DNA of 64,000 nt from assembly GCF_009914755.1 (NCBI RefSeq), contig NC_060934.1, one strand, 5' to 3'. The notes beneath the pieces were generated by a model. The model saw only the letters and a list, made by a program, of their open reading frames with translations, was not told the origin of the DNA and ran no database searches. The position numbers were made by a program, and so were the translations under genes. This stretch comes from the human T2T-CHM13v2.0 reference genome, Homo sapiens. Position 1 is the first letter of the stretch; each line of letters starts with the position of its first letter. Below, in pieces: positions 22,208 to 37,112 of this stretch.

Positions 22208-22788
22208 CGAGTCTTTTGTTCAGAAAGCATTTCCCAAAGCGACAGGCCATTAGATCATGTAGCGCCCAGGAAATAGATACTTGCGTTACAAGCTATGTTG
22301 AAGTCCTGCACGCCCCGGCTTGGATGTACAATGAGGAGTCTGTGTGCCCGGCTGCCTGGCCAGCCCAGCCCGAGCCTCCTACCTTCTGAAAATACACTTG
22401 CTGGACATAGCAGAGAAAGCTGGTACATCTCCAGCCCTTCAGGGCTTCTTGGGACACACTGTTCTGGGGAAAACCCTTTCATCAAAAGGCATGTGGGGGG
22501 CTCACAAGGAGGTGAAGGAGTGAATAGGATGTGCCTGGCCTTTAATGACCCAATCTTAGGGTGAAGAGTGGCCCTACAGAGTTGTCACTCTGTAAAATGA
22601 ATGCATTGTGATCTCCAGTCCTGAAACTGAACCCTCTGGTCTCAAAACACTTCCATTCCCTGAGTCCTAATGACAGTGCTCAGCCAGAGGCAGCTCTCTT
22701 CATCTTACAAAGTAGTAAAGCACCTGTCTCAACAGACAGCTATACCCCAAGCCTCTCATGGTCCCTTAGCAGTAAGGCTATGGCCTCA

Positions 22789-23373
<585 letters not shown>

Positions 23374-24560
23374 TCAGAAAGACCTTCCGGCTGAAATCCT
23401 CACTCCTCCGCTAAACAGGAAAAAAAGCAAGGCTGCCTAGCCAGGTCTTCTCAGTGTGGAAGGTCAGGAAATGAGAGAGGAGGGGGCAGGGCTCCTGGTC
23501 TATTTCTCAATCCCTAACACAGAATTGGGGGTTAATTATCTTCGGTTAGCATTCTGCTTCCTGCTGGTGCGCACATGTGCGTATGTGTTCTTATGGACAG
23601 GAACATGTCAAGGAGGACTTCTCGCCTTTCTAGGAAATTTCTCCTTCCCTGCCACCCCTCCTGTATCCATGGATATACCCAGAATTCTACCTCTGGCTCT
23701 TCTGGTCCTTTCCCTGCATTCCAGTCTCCTGGGCACGTGTGGCTTTTCCCACCTCCTCCCCGCAGATGCCACTCAAGTCCCTGCTTGTAGGTTCATATTT
23801 CCACCTGCCCGGGGGGAGGAAATACATAACCTGGATGTCTACAGAGGTCGTATCCAAAACAAGCAAGTGACCTTCAACCTCCTCCTCCTCCACCAGCCTC
23901 TTCTCTTACACGATGAAGGGAGTCACACCACTGAACTGCCGCCCAAGCTCCAAGTCGGCCCTGAAGCCCCTCTTTTCCTCTGGCCCTTCCTCTGATCAGT
24001 CCCCACACCCCTTCACCTATTAGGCCTATCCCTGATAGAAAGCTTAGCTCTGAAAGAAAGTACAGGCAAAACTGCATCCCACAGGTCTCCTCCAGTCCTC
24101 CACAAGACCTCTGCAATGCGCCTAACCCATCACCCATGGTGCGCCTCTTGTAGCCACCGCAGACCCCCAGAGGAATCTTCTGAAAAGCACATGATCTCTA
24201 CTCTTTTAAAAAGGCACAGACCACTCCAAAGTCAGAGAGAATAAAACCCAAAGAACATCATGCGCATTGAGGCTTGGTTGCTCCAAGCCCCACATCCCTC
24301 TCTCTGACACTCTGGCTTACCTGTCCACATGGGCACTGTTCCCTCTACCTACAAGCCCACCCAGCTCTGCTGCCTGGCAGGCTCCTATTCAGCCCAGTTC
24401 CAACAGCTCCTCCGTGAAAATCCCGATTCCCATTAAGACACTGCACTGCTCCCATCTCGTCCTGTTCAGCCTCTAGGACATGCACAGCCAAAGACAGTCT
24501 GCGTCCCCAGCCCACTCCACCCAAAAGGTGTACGGAGAGGGACTGGAGTAGGGATCAATG

Positions 24561-25045
<485 letters not shown>

Positions 25046-26789
25046 GTTCAGCTCCAGTGTCCAAGGATGAGACTTTGAGACCCGCCTCTGCCAGTAGTGA
25101 ACGTGTCAGCTTGGACAGCCTCACACCGCTGAGCCTCAGAGTCATGCTTTAGAGAAGAGAAAAACATCTCCAGTGCTGCCTGCTGCAGGGCAAGGTCACC
25201 ACAAGGACACAATCAAAGGCTGCCTAGGAAGGCCTCTGTATATTTAAAGTGAGGGGCACGTCTGAGAGCAAGCACTCCTCATCCTGGCGGGCGGTTGGAG
25301 GTAGTGGGGGGTCCCCATCCTGCAACTCAGCCCTGGCCAGGAGGGCAGTCCTGGGTTCCTGTTTACGGGGCGTAACTGGCCTGCAGATTGCTTTTTCCAA
25401 CCATGTGAGAGCCTCTATTCGCATTCCTCTGACTTCAAAACAGGTTTTCTTTCAAGTGAACAAATAGGTCTCATCACATGTAAGTTACCTAAATGAGGAT
25501 TCCTGGAATGTTCCCAGAGACTAAACATCTGAAGATTTTGTGAGATTCATCATTATCAACACCCATGTATGATGCCTGTTTAATTTACAAAGAGGCCTGT
25601 GGCTTCTTAAAATACCTTCTACTATTCATCCATCCAACACATTTGAGAGTAGCTGATATTTGCATGTGGGGCACAGTAACACACCACAGAATTCCCTTGA
25701 GATGAGAACCCCAGCAGGGCTCAGGAGCCGGATAACTTACCCTAGCCCCACAGCATGCCGGGAATAACCCTGCAAACACCAAACCATGGGCAAGAGTCCC
25801 CACAGCTGTGCCTCACGCAGTCCACAGAGCTAAGGGCCTGCGTTACTGCGAGTTGGGGCGGCTGGCCTGCATTCCAGAGAGCATACCCTAAAGCCTGACT
25901 CATTCCAGAAGCAGGTTTTCAGGGACAGTCACCTTGCCACACTTACTGTTACCTGTGGCTCCTAGAAGCTGCTGCTGGGACAAGCTCACCTCCCTGATAT
26001 TGATGTAAACATTCAATAAATGGTGCATACTCCAGCGGATACGTTTGCCCTGTATGGCCCTGAAAGGTCAGATAGATGTCCAGATCCCGTTTGACATTTT
26101 CCCCCAAGCCCATAGAGCAGGCCCTCCCACACTGCGCACTTTCTGAATAAAGAAATACTTTTAAAGTGGCCAAGGCTACAAAAGAAAAGAGAAGGTTAAG
26201 AGTTATTCCAGGAGGGCAAGGCTGCCTCCTGCTTTCTCAACTCAGGACCTTCTGGGGGTACTGTTTGGCAAGTTGATTTAAAGGGCTCGGCCTTTCTTCT
26301 CTCAGCAGGATCTCGGTTCCAACACTCCTTCAGAGTCTGCAGATGTGTCCCCGCCTGATCCCCTCAGCAGCATCCCAGCCATTTGCAAATGAAGCAGCAG
26401 CAGCTGGAGACTGGGAAACAGATGGTCTTCCTCATTTGAATGGGTTTGAACGGTCTGCTTGAGGCTCACCAAGTTCAGGCCTGGCCAGCATCGAAACCCG
26501 TGCAGACGCCTGAAGGCACAGAGTTGTGGCCTGGGGAGCCGGCAGCAATCAGCTGAATGGGAATGACCTGGAGGAAAGGTTCCCCACACTGCCTTCGGGT
26601 GGGCGGGACACGGTCCCAGCTGGTTTTGCACCGCAGGACCCAAGGAAGGCAGGTCGGAGCCACAGGGATCACTTTTCTCCTGTGTTTTGCAGAGGAAAGA
26701 AAAACTCTCCCTCAGGGGATCCTGAGCCAGAGGACTGAAACCCACATTAATTCAGGACATTCCACGTTAAGAGCCGGCGCCATCACAGT

Positions 26790-26950
26790 TAACCTTTCTT
26801 CCCTGCTCCAAACCGCATATTTGCATAGAGGTAAAAGCTTCAAGAAAACAAACAAACTTTGAAGAGTCACTACCTCTCACAATCCTCCAAAGCAGCATTC
26901 AGAGGGAAGCTTTAGATCTCAGAAGGGCTGTGCGCCGGCTCCCACGAATG
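26790..26950. promoter_or_regulatory. Intron 2 enhancer core: RUNX + forkhead + octamer composite (breast-cancer risk element)
   Basis: AAACCGCA (RUNX TGCGGT on minus) at 26810-26817 adjacent to TATTTGC (FOX) and ATTTGCAT (octamer, 26819-26826); flanks match recalled rs2981578 (26814) and rs35054928 (~26935). Confidence 0.8.
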
Positions 26951-27471
26951 TAGGCTTTCTGGGACAGGGCATCCCCCAGGCGAGGCACCTGGGAGGAGGC
27001 AGAATCCCATCCTGCCCACACCTGGCCTGACTCCCCTGGCCGCCCTCCGGCCATCTCTCTGCCTCCACATTGACCTGGCAAGAAACTCTGCCAATTAGAG
27101 GTAGTAACAGAAAAGAGATAGGAAGCAGGCTGAAACGACCCACTCAAATACGGCCTGGAGGCCGCCAGGATGCCCTTGACCGGCCTCCTCACTCGCCACA
27201 CCTTCAAGGGCAAGCACCTCACAGGAGGGGAGAAGAGGGGCCTCTGAGCCCAGCTGCACGCATTCACTCAACGGCCTCTGCTCCACCTCCATCAACATCA
27301 ACAGGTGAAGCCAGCAAGGGACAGCAGAGAGGCTAGGCCCTGGAAAATCACCTCACTGGACAAGGGTCAACCTAGCAGGCAAGGTGGCTGGTACTGATAA
27401 GGGTCAACCTTGCAATGCAGGTGGGTTTGCTGGGGAATCCAGGTGGGTGCCACCTCCTTAAGGGGAAGACC

Positions 27472-28250
<779 letters not shown>

Positions 28251-28531
28251 TAGCCCTTCATTTTTGCAATTATTTGACAAGAGCCTGTCTCCCCCACTCA
28301 ACTGTTCATTGCTTGCTATTCCATCCCCACAGAACCTGGCACATAGTAGGTCTCAAAAATTATTTGGGGAGCAAATGGATGAAAAAACTCAAAGAAACCA
28401 CAGCAATTACCCTGCAATCTAAAAATCATGTTTATACCATCTTGCCTCTGCCAAGCTCTGAAAGTTGTCATCGCACGGGGAGCTGCAAATTTAAGAGGGA
28501 AATTTGCAGCATCTCCTAGTCAAGAACTCTA

Positions 28532-28834
<303 letters not shown>

Positions 28835-29849
28835 CTACAACTTTCCTCCAAAACTCAACTCCCACTTGGAAATGCCTGGAACCCCTGAGTGTTCTGCAAC
28901 TGCTGTACAGGTAGCCAAGAACAAAGTTCAGCTGCCTAAACCAGCCTCGATTCACCTACACATTAGCTGGTACTGGAGTTCACTTTTTATTTTTAAATAC
29001 CAAACTGATCTTTGCTTGCTTTAAAAATGGGCTCCATTCCCTGGCCTCTTTTTTTCCCCTAAGGACACCCTTCCTGGCCAAGACTGGAAGAAGAGTAGGT
29101 GTTTCTGCTTTTGGCCTTTTCATTCTTGGAATTTTTTCTTTTTTGGCTTTCTTAGTCTCTCCTCCTAATCTCTGCAGAAAAGTGACATTAGAAGGGTCAG
29201 GTAGTCCTTGGTGCTTGTTTCCATGACCACAGTTCGTGGGAGTCCCAAGTACAGGGGTCTGTCTATGCAGGTAGGCCTTGACTTCATACCCAGTCGTAAA
29301 TCAGAAATTCTGGGAAGAAAAGCTTGACATAATATCCAAGTGGCAACAGCTGAGGGTTAGCAGGCACTAGGACAAACCAGCAGAGGCATCTGGGACAAGG
29401 AATAACTGGGGACGGCCTGCTCTGCTGAGATGGCTCATGCATCAACGGGCAACAGAGGCCAGCCCTTCTTGTTATGGACTCCTACGGTGTGGCGCAGCCT
29501 GGACCACCAACTGGGACCCAGTCTCCCATTGGTCTCCTTGGCAGCAGTCAGGGTTAGCCTCTTTCCAATAAGTCACATGCCACCAGAAGCCATTCTAGAA
29601 GAATCACAAAGTATAATCATTAAACATTTTTATTGTCTGGAATTTTTCTTCAAATGTCTTTAGGAGAATTCGGTATGGATGTGTGAGAAAGAAACAGAAT
29701 CAACCAGCAGTGTCCCTAACAGGTTTAATAGTCAAACGACAGATTTAGGAAAGAATGAGGGGTCACCACATTCTCCAGCAAAAAAAAAAAAATCCTCCTG
29801 CTCAGGAAGAAGGGAAATTTTTCTTACACCAACACATTCACCCAAAGAC

Positions 29850-30071
29850 CTGGGCCCACACTCACTAATGATGAGGTCCTGGAGGAGTCACTTGATCCCC
29901 AAGAATTTCAGTTACCTTGTCCATAAAATAAGAACAGGAAAACCCAAGATGTTCTGGGTTATTAAGATGAGAGATAATATATGTTAAAGTACCTAGCACA
30001 GAGTCCAACCATGACAGGCACTCAATAAATGGTAGCCAGTTATCATCATCACCATCATCATCATCATCATC
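29850..30071 (+). mobile_element. MIR with (CAT)n tail
   Basis: tcagttaccttgtccataaaata...gagataatatatgttaaagtacctagcacag...ctcaataaat; (CAT)n at 30042-30071. Confidence 0.65.
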
Positions 30072-30360
30072 TCAAGGAATGGGCTAAAGAAACGTGACCT
30101 CATCCATACTGCCCCTACTTCATAGCCTGTCCTACCAAGTAACCTCCATAGGGGTATCATGTGCAAATGCTTGTTCAGCTCCTGTCCACTTCAGTACTGT
30201 GGGTCCCATCACAATTTCCTTGAGCTCCCTTCCATGCAGACAAAAATCTCATCTAGGAGTGTTCAGGGGAGGTCACTACAGGCAAACATGGCAAGGATGA
30301 CCATACCATGTTATGGAGCTCACCTCTCCAGCCTGGCCAAAAGCAGAACACACCACACCG

Positions 30361-31148
30361 CACCCCACCCCAACCAATCCCATAACCCCTCTCCATCCCG
30401 CACCCCACCCCAACCGATCCCATAACCCCTCTCCATCCCACACCCCACCCCAACCGATCCCATGACCCCTCTCCATCCCGCACCCCACCCCAAACGATCC
30501 CATAACCCCTCTCCATCCCGCACCACCCCAACCGATCCCATAACCCCTCTCCATCCCGCACCCCACCCCAACCAATCCCATAACCCCTCTCCATCCCACA
30601 CCCCACCCCAACCGATCCCATAACCCCTCTCCATCCCGCACCCCACCCCAACCGATCCCATAACCCCTCTCCATCCCGCACCCCACCCCAACCGATCCCA
30701 TAACCCCTCTCCATCCCGCACCCCACCCCAACCGATCCCATAACCCCTCTCCATCCCGCACCCCACCCCAACCGATCCCATAACCCCTCTCCATCCCACA
30801 CCCCACCCCAACCGATCCCATAACCCCTCTCCATCCCGCACCCCACCCCAACCGATCCCACAACCCCTCTCCATCCCGCACCCCACCCCAACCGATCCCA
30901 TAACCCCTCTCCATCCCGCACCACCCCAACCGATCCCATAACCCCTCTCCATCCCACACCCCAACCCAACCGATCCCATAACCCCTCTCCATCCCGCACC
31001 CCACCCCAACCGATCCCATAACCCTCTCCATCCCGCACCCCACCCCAAACGATCCCATAACCCCTCTCCATCCCGCACCACCCCAACCGATCCCATAACC
31101 CCTCTCCATCCCGCACCCCACCCCAACCAATTCCATAACCCCTCTCCA
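30361..31148. repeat. 40-bp VNTR/minisatellite, 20 units, consensus CACCCCACCCCAACCGATCCCATAACCCCTCTCCATCCCG
   Basis: Units parsed by eye: most are 40 bp, three are 38 bp, one is 39 bp, the last is partial. Confidence 0.97.
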
Positions 31149-33068
31149 ATGTTCTTCACCGGGCCTAATGGCAATGTGGCAGAGTATTTTGTATTTTGAA
31201 GCTTCAAACAGAAAACTCTTTTGCCAAAATACATTGTTCCTCATGAAGTATGTGTCTGCTGTTATTATTACAGAGCTGCAACTGACTTTTTTCAACAGAG
31301 GGGAAAAAAAATTTCAACCTTGAACCATTTGGACTGCAAGCAGCAGGATGATCCCATTTCTAAAATCCATGGGACTTGCAAAAGCCCAAGATAATAAAAA
31401 GGGTTGGACAAATCCAGGGCCTAGAGCCAGTTTTACATTTTAATTAATGTAAATGCTTCTCATCAGACAATTATCACTATACACTGTAGAGTAAACATCT
31501 TATTGGTCCAGGAAATATTGGTAATATTGTAGAGTAAACATCTTGTTGGTCCAGGAAATGTTGACAGGAAGTGGGACAGGGAAGAAATCAGCATTTAATG
31601 AACACCTACTCTGGGCCAGGAAATTCAGTAGGGGCTTTACATTTCATTTGCATTTAATCTGCACATTCACCCTTCAAGATAGATACTATCTCTGAGGCTC
31701 AGAGAGGTTATCTAACTTTTCTGAAATCACAGCATCAGTAGATAGTAGAGAGATTCAAACCTACCTCCCAAGGTCAAGTTCCCTCTGTTAGTTTATGTCT
31801 CCAGAAAGCATACCACATGCCATCCAAAATGATTTTATTCAATTCTATTTTTAAGAATGGCTGATACAGAATTTAGATTAAATGCACAGAAGATTCTTGT
31901 TCTTTTAAAAATTTGAGTGGTTTTAAATTTGAAACATTTATAAATGTCCACGATATATATTCAGTTGTGCGTCTATTGCAGCCAGGTAGAAATGCAACAT
32001 GCATTGGTGGAAATCCAGGAGGCTTAGCAGGACAAGAAGGCTCCTTAAGGCAGCCACACATCTTTGGGGGCAATCCCACTGTCAACTGAAAATCTGAACT
32101 TTAAGGGTGTTCAAAGAGTTTAAAACCTAAACTTAACCATTGCAATGATCTTGACATTCATTTTATAGTACACCCCCCTGAGCACATACACACACCATAG
32201 ATACACACAGTTGGCCTTTTCAATGTCTGGATACTTTTAAAATATTACAACTGGTCACTATGGAAAATTTAACAGTAAACTGTCAGGTATACAAATGGGT
32301 CACATATAGTAATATAGGAGCTCAAGGGTTCGAAAATAATCACGATAATTGATATAGAGTTTATTAACGTTAGAGCTCAGAATTGAGTCCTCTCCAAGAA
32401 AGGCGCTACATAAATCATACAAATAAATACATCCCTTGTTCTCGTTCTTGAATCTATCAGCATTTTCCTTATAAGCTATTTTTAGCCTCCTCATAAAACA
32501 CATTCAGCATAACCTGAAACTCTATATGTGTGCATTCCATTCTGAAATGAATTGGAATTTACCATTCTTTAGTTAGACAAGGGGTTAAAGGAAAGAATAT
32601 ACAACAGCTTAGCCCCCTGACTTGGTACTGTCAAAAAGAATCAGAAGTTTTTGAGAGTGGCATGATGTGGCCAAAGTCCACAATGGCGCAGAATTACTTA
32701 CAGTATTCCAAAGTGGAGTAAATTACACATTCAGCATCTGAAAGCTCTTCCATGGTACCGGTTTCCCAAAACCAAAATTACTGAAAATCTAAAGCACGCC
32801 TATTTTACTTGACACACGCTCTTCAAGGATGGCCATGGCTTGTCCCAATGATTCATACTTGTGTATAAATATTTAAATGGTAAGAGCTTGAAGTTATATA
32901 AATAGAAGTCAGCTACCACATACAAATCACAGTGAGGAAAGAGAAACTTGTAAAAAGTGTGACTTTTGTCTATTACAGAAGGAGACATCTTCAAGACGTG
33001 AAGGATCACCACAATGACCTGTCCAGCATCTTGTTCAATCAGACCTCTCCTTAAAAGAACTTAGCCTC

Positions 33069-34560
33069 TGAATAGCCAAGGCAATCCTAAGCAAAAATAA
33101 CAAAGCTGGGGGCATCACATTACCTGACTTCAAACTATACTGTGGGGCTACGGTAACCAAAACAGCATGGTACTGGTATAAAAACAGGCACGTAGACCAA
33201 TGGAACAGAATAGAGAGCCCAGAAATAAGGCCACACACCTACCGCACACCTACGACCATCTGATCTTCGACAAAACTGATGAAAACAAGCAATGGGGAAA
33301 AGACTCCCTATTCAATAAATGGTGCTGGGATAACTGGCTAGCCACATGCAGAAGATTGAAGCTGACCCCTTCCTTATACCATATACAAAAAATCACCTCA
33401 AGATGGAAGAAAGACTTAAATGTCAAATCCAAAACTATAAAACCCCGGAAGACAACTTAGGCAATATACCATCCTGGACATAGGAATGGGCAAAGATTTC
33501 ATGACAAAGACATCAAAAGCAATTGCAACAAAAGCAAAAATTGACAAATGGGATCTAATTAAACTTAAGAGCTTCTGCACAGCAAAAGAAACTATCAACA
33601 GAGTAAATAGACAACCTACGTAATGGGATAAAATATTTGTAAACTATGCATCTAACAAAGATCTAATGTCCAGCATCTATAAGGAACTTAAATTTACAAG
33701 AGAAAAACAAATAACCACATAAAAAGTAGACAAAGGACATAGACACTTTTCAAAAGAAGACATATATACGTCCCACCAGCATATGAAAAAAAAAGCTCAT
33801 CACTAGAGAAATGCAAATCAAAACCACGATGAGATACCATCTCACACAAGTCAGAATGGCTATTAATAAAACGTCAAAAAATAATAGATGCTGGTGAGAT
33901 TGCAGAGAAAAGGAAACACTTATATACTGTTAGTAGGAGTGCAAATTAGCCCAATAATTGTGGAAAGCCGTGTGGCGATTACTCAAAGAGGTAAAAGCAG
34001 AACTACCATTCGACCCAGCAATCCCATTACTGGGTATATACCCAGAGGAATATAAATCATTCTACCATAAAGACACATGCACACAAATGTTCATTGCAGC
34101 ACTATTCACAATAGCAAAGACATGGAATCTACCTAAATGCTCATCAGTAACAGATTGGATAAAGAAAATGTAGTACATATACAACATAGAATACTATGCA
34201 GCCATAAAAAAGAGCAAGATCATGTCTTTTGCAAGAACATGGATGGAGCTAGAGGCCATTATCCTTAGCAATAAACCAAATACGGAAAACCAAATACTGC
34301 ATATTCTCATTTATAAGTGGGAGCTAAATGATGAAAACTCATGAACACAAAGAAAAGAACAACAGACACTGAGGTCTACTTGAGGGTGGAGGGTGGGTGG
34401 GAGGAGAGAGAGGAGCAGAAAAAATAGCTATTGGGTACTGGGCTTAATACCTGGGTGATGAAACAATCTGTACAATGAACCCCCATGACACGAGTTTACC
34501 TACATAACAAACCTTCACATGTACCCCCAAACCTAAAATAAAAGCTAAATTTAAAAAAAA
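33069..34560 (+). mobile_element. 5'-truncated primate L1PA (older subfamily), antisense to FGFR2
   Basis: ORF2 3' peptides ([46 protein letters not shown]), 3' UTR and A tail; TSD aaaagaacttagcctc/aaaagaacttggcctc. Confidence 0.95.
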
Positions 34561-34730
34561 AAGAACTTGGCCTCAAGTTCTTGACCAAACTACACTAAGA
34601 AGGCAAGTCAGGGAGGAAGATGGTGTGGTAAAGATGGGGTATGATTAGCAACACCAAGCATTTCAATGCTAGGAAAGCTAAAAAAAGTAGAGCCATCTCT
34701 AAATCTCATGGGATACAGCAAAAATCTCTA

Positions 34731-35096
<366 letters not shown>

Positions 35097-36801
35097 AGGC
35101 TAAAATCATCTCTCAAGGAAAAAAAAATAGAGACCATAAGCATTTTGCACAGTTGCATAAAACCTACTGGATCAGAATTATCTGTGGAATAGCCTAAAAA
35201 ACTTCCAAAAAATAATTTCTGAACTGCCTACAGAGATGTCCCCCTGGCGAGAATCGGACCAGTACAGTGGAGAGTAGCACACCAGCTATATTTCCTACCT
35301 AGCTTAACAGCCAGGCACCCAAAAATCAATTTCCCATGTTTTCCTTTAATGACTAAAATTCGCTTCCATGGAAATGTAAGGGTAAGCTAGATTAGAGGGA
35401 GTTTTTAACAATTACCCTGGCTAAACAAACACCTAAACAACAGTCTGCAAACTGGAAGACTAGTGGATACATTTTATTGAAACTACGAACATTAAACAAA
35501 ACACTTCCAGTTTAAACACGACCCCAGTTATTTCATAGCCATGTAATTATTTGTTAAGTCTGATATTAAAAACATCTCATATTGGATTGCTGTGGTTTTG
35601 TGAATTCTCACCCTCAACTGGGTCAGAAAGACTTGAAAGGAATAAAGTCTTTACTTATGGCTTGATGCGGGGCCATTGGCATAGTAAGTGCTCTGTCTTT
35701 TAACTGGTTGAAATAAACAGACAAAACAGAAACACACACATATACCCCAAATTTGAATCAGAGAGAGCCAGTATAAAATGATACAAGTACCAGTTCTCTG
35801 GGCTTGCCAGATTTCTGCTCTATAAGTAATATTAAACATGGCTCTTGGTCTATGAATTGTGAAACACTTTATATACTAATAAAGAATGTGTACTTCATTG
35901 TGTATTTAACTGCGTAAGCCTGTATTTGGTTTAATTGACCAAGAATAAGTCCTTGTTCCAAAGCTAACTATCAAGTTACAGTCAACTCTTAAATATTAAC
36001 ACTCATATTGAAAAACAAAGATGCAGATAATACGAAACAGAAGATTATTTTAAATCATTCACTCTTGGTATGCGGATATATTCTTTCTTCCTTTCTTTTA
36101 ACTTGCAATTAAATGCGTATGGTTAATATTATGGCATTTACAATACTTCTAACAAAGGACTTAAACCATACTGGAAAAATCTGACTTAGGGAGGTCTCTG
36201 TGTAGATCCTGTCCTCGACGTTTCTGCTACTGAACTCTGGACCAACTCACGTTGGTCCAGGAGAGCATCACCTCTCAGAAGATTGACAAAAAATTGCTAC
36301 ACAAACTACATTTTTTTTCAGGTTGTTACTTTTCAGAGTCACACTCTGTGGAGGGTGGGAAAGTAATTAAGGGTGTAGGGTTGAAAAGCCCTTTCATTTT
36401 AGCTCCTACTGGGTTGGTGTAAACAAAGATGCCATTAATGTCAACAATGACTTAATTAACCAGAGTAGGTGACAATGTCAGGAAGAACTTGAAAGTAAGA
36501 GTTGCCCCCTCTCAGGGTAATCAAGCTTGACTAGACTTCAAATATTTATAATGTTAATCAACAGAATAGTACTTGGCATTGAGGACTGCCCCCCTTCGAG
36601 TCAATAACCATGTTTTCACTCCTCTGCTGGTGCCCTATAACAATGAATGACCAAAAGGAAATTAACAATGAATGACCAACTGGAAAACTCATATTTAATC
36701 TGAAATATTAAAAACTAAAATCTTCTAGAGATTATTTTCTTAAGTCAATTGAGTGGGCCCAACCCCACTGCTACTATTTCAGAACGTGTCCAGAAGACAA
36801 A

Positions 36802-36846
36802 TGATATATATGATATATGATATGACATATGACATGATACGATATT
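36802..36846. repeat. (GATAT)n-like degenerate repeat
   Basis: tgatatatatgatatatgatatgacatatgacatgatacgatat. Confidence 0.7.
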
Positions 36847-37112
36847 GCACAAAGCCAAGATGACTAAACATAACCTTTCCCTGAGGGGCCAAAAGAAAAG
36901 GACCCTCTAGTGTTAGGGCCCAGGCTTCTTCCTGGAACTTCTCAGTCACATTTTTCTCCTATCCAATAGACATTATCTAAACTGAGCTTCCAAATAAATT
37001 AGCAAACCAAAAAGTCTTACAAGATAAGACCTTGGTGCACAGAAGGTCAAGGTGGAACTTACTGCTAACCAAAGCTATAGTAGTTCTAATCATGGAGAAC
37101 TGATGGACAGGG

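Noticed and set aside
23456-23995. 179-aa plus-strand ORF antisense to intron 2
   Set aside because: No recognisable domain or gene structure; plausible by chance
30361-31148. CRISPR-like array or interstitial telomere interpretation of the VNTR
   Set aside because: Units are contiguous with no unique spacers and no cas genes; human DNA; TAACCC occurs only once per unit, not in tandem
30253-31295. Three long minus-strand ORFs (298, 304, 339 aa; G/W/R-rich)
   Set aside because: Artefact of the stop-free 40-bp VNTR, open in all three frames with cyclically shifting peptide; intronic with no evident splice or coding signal
33069-34560. Active L1 or reverse-transcriptase gene
   Set aside because: 5'-truncated ~1.5-kb fragment with stops and frameshifts; no ORF1 or promoter
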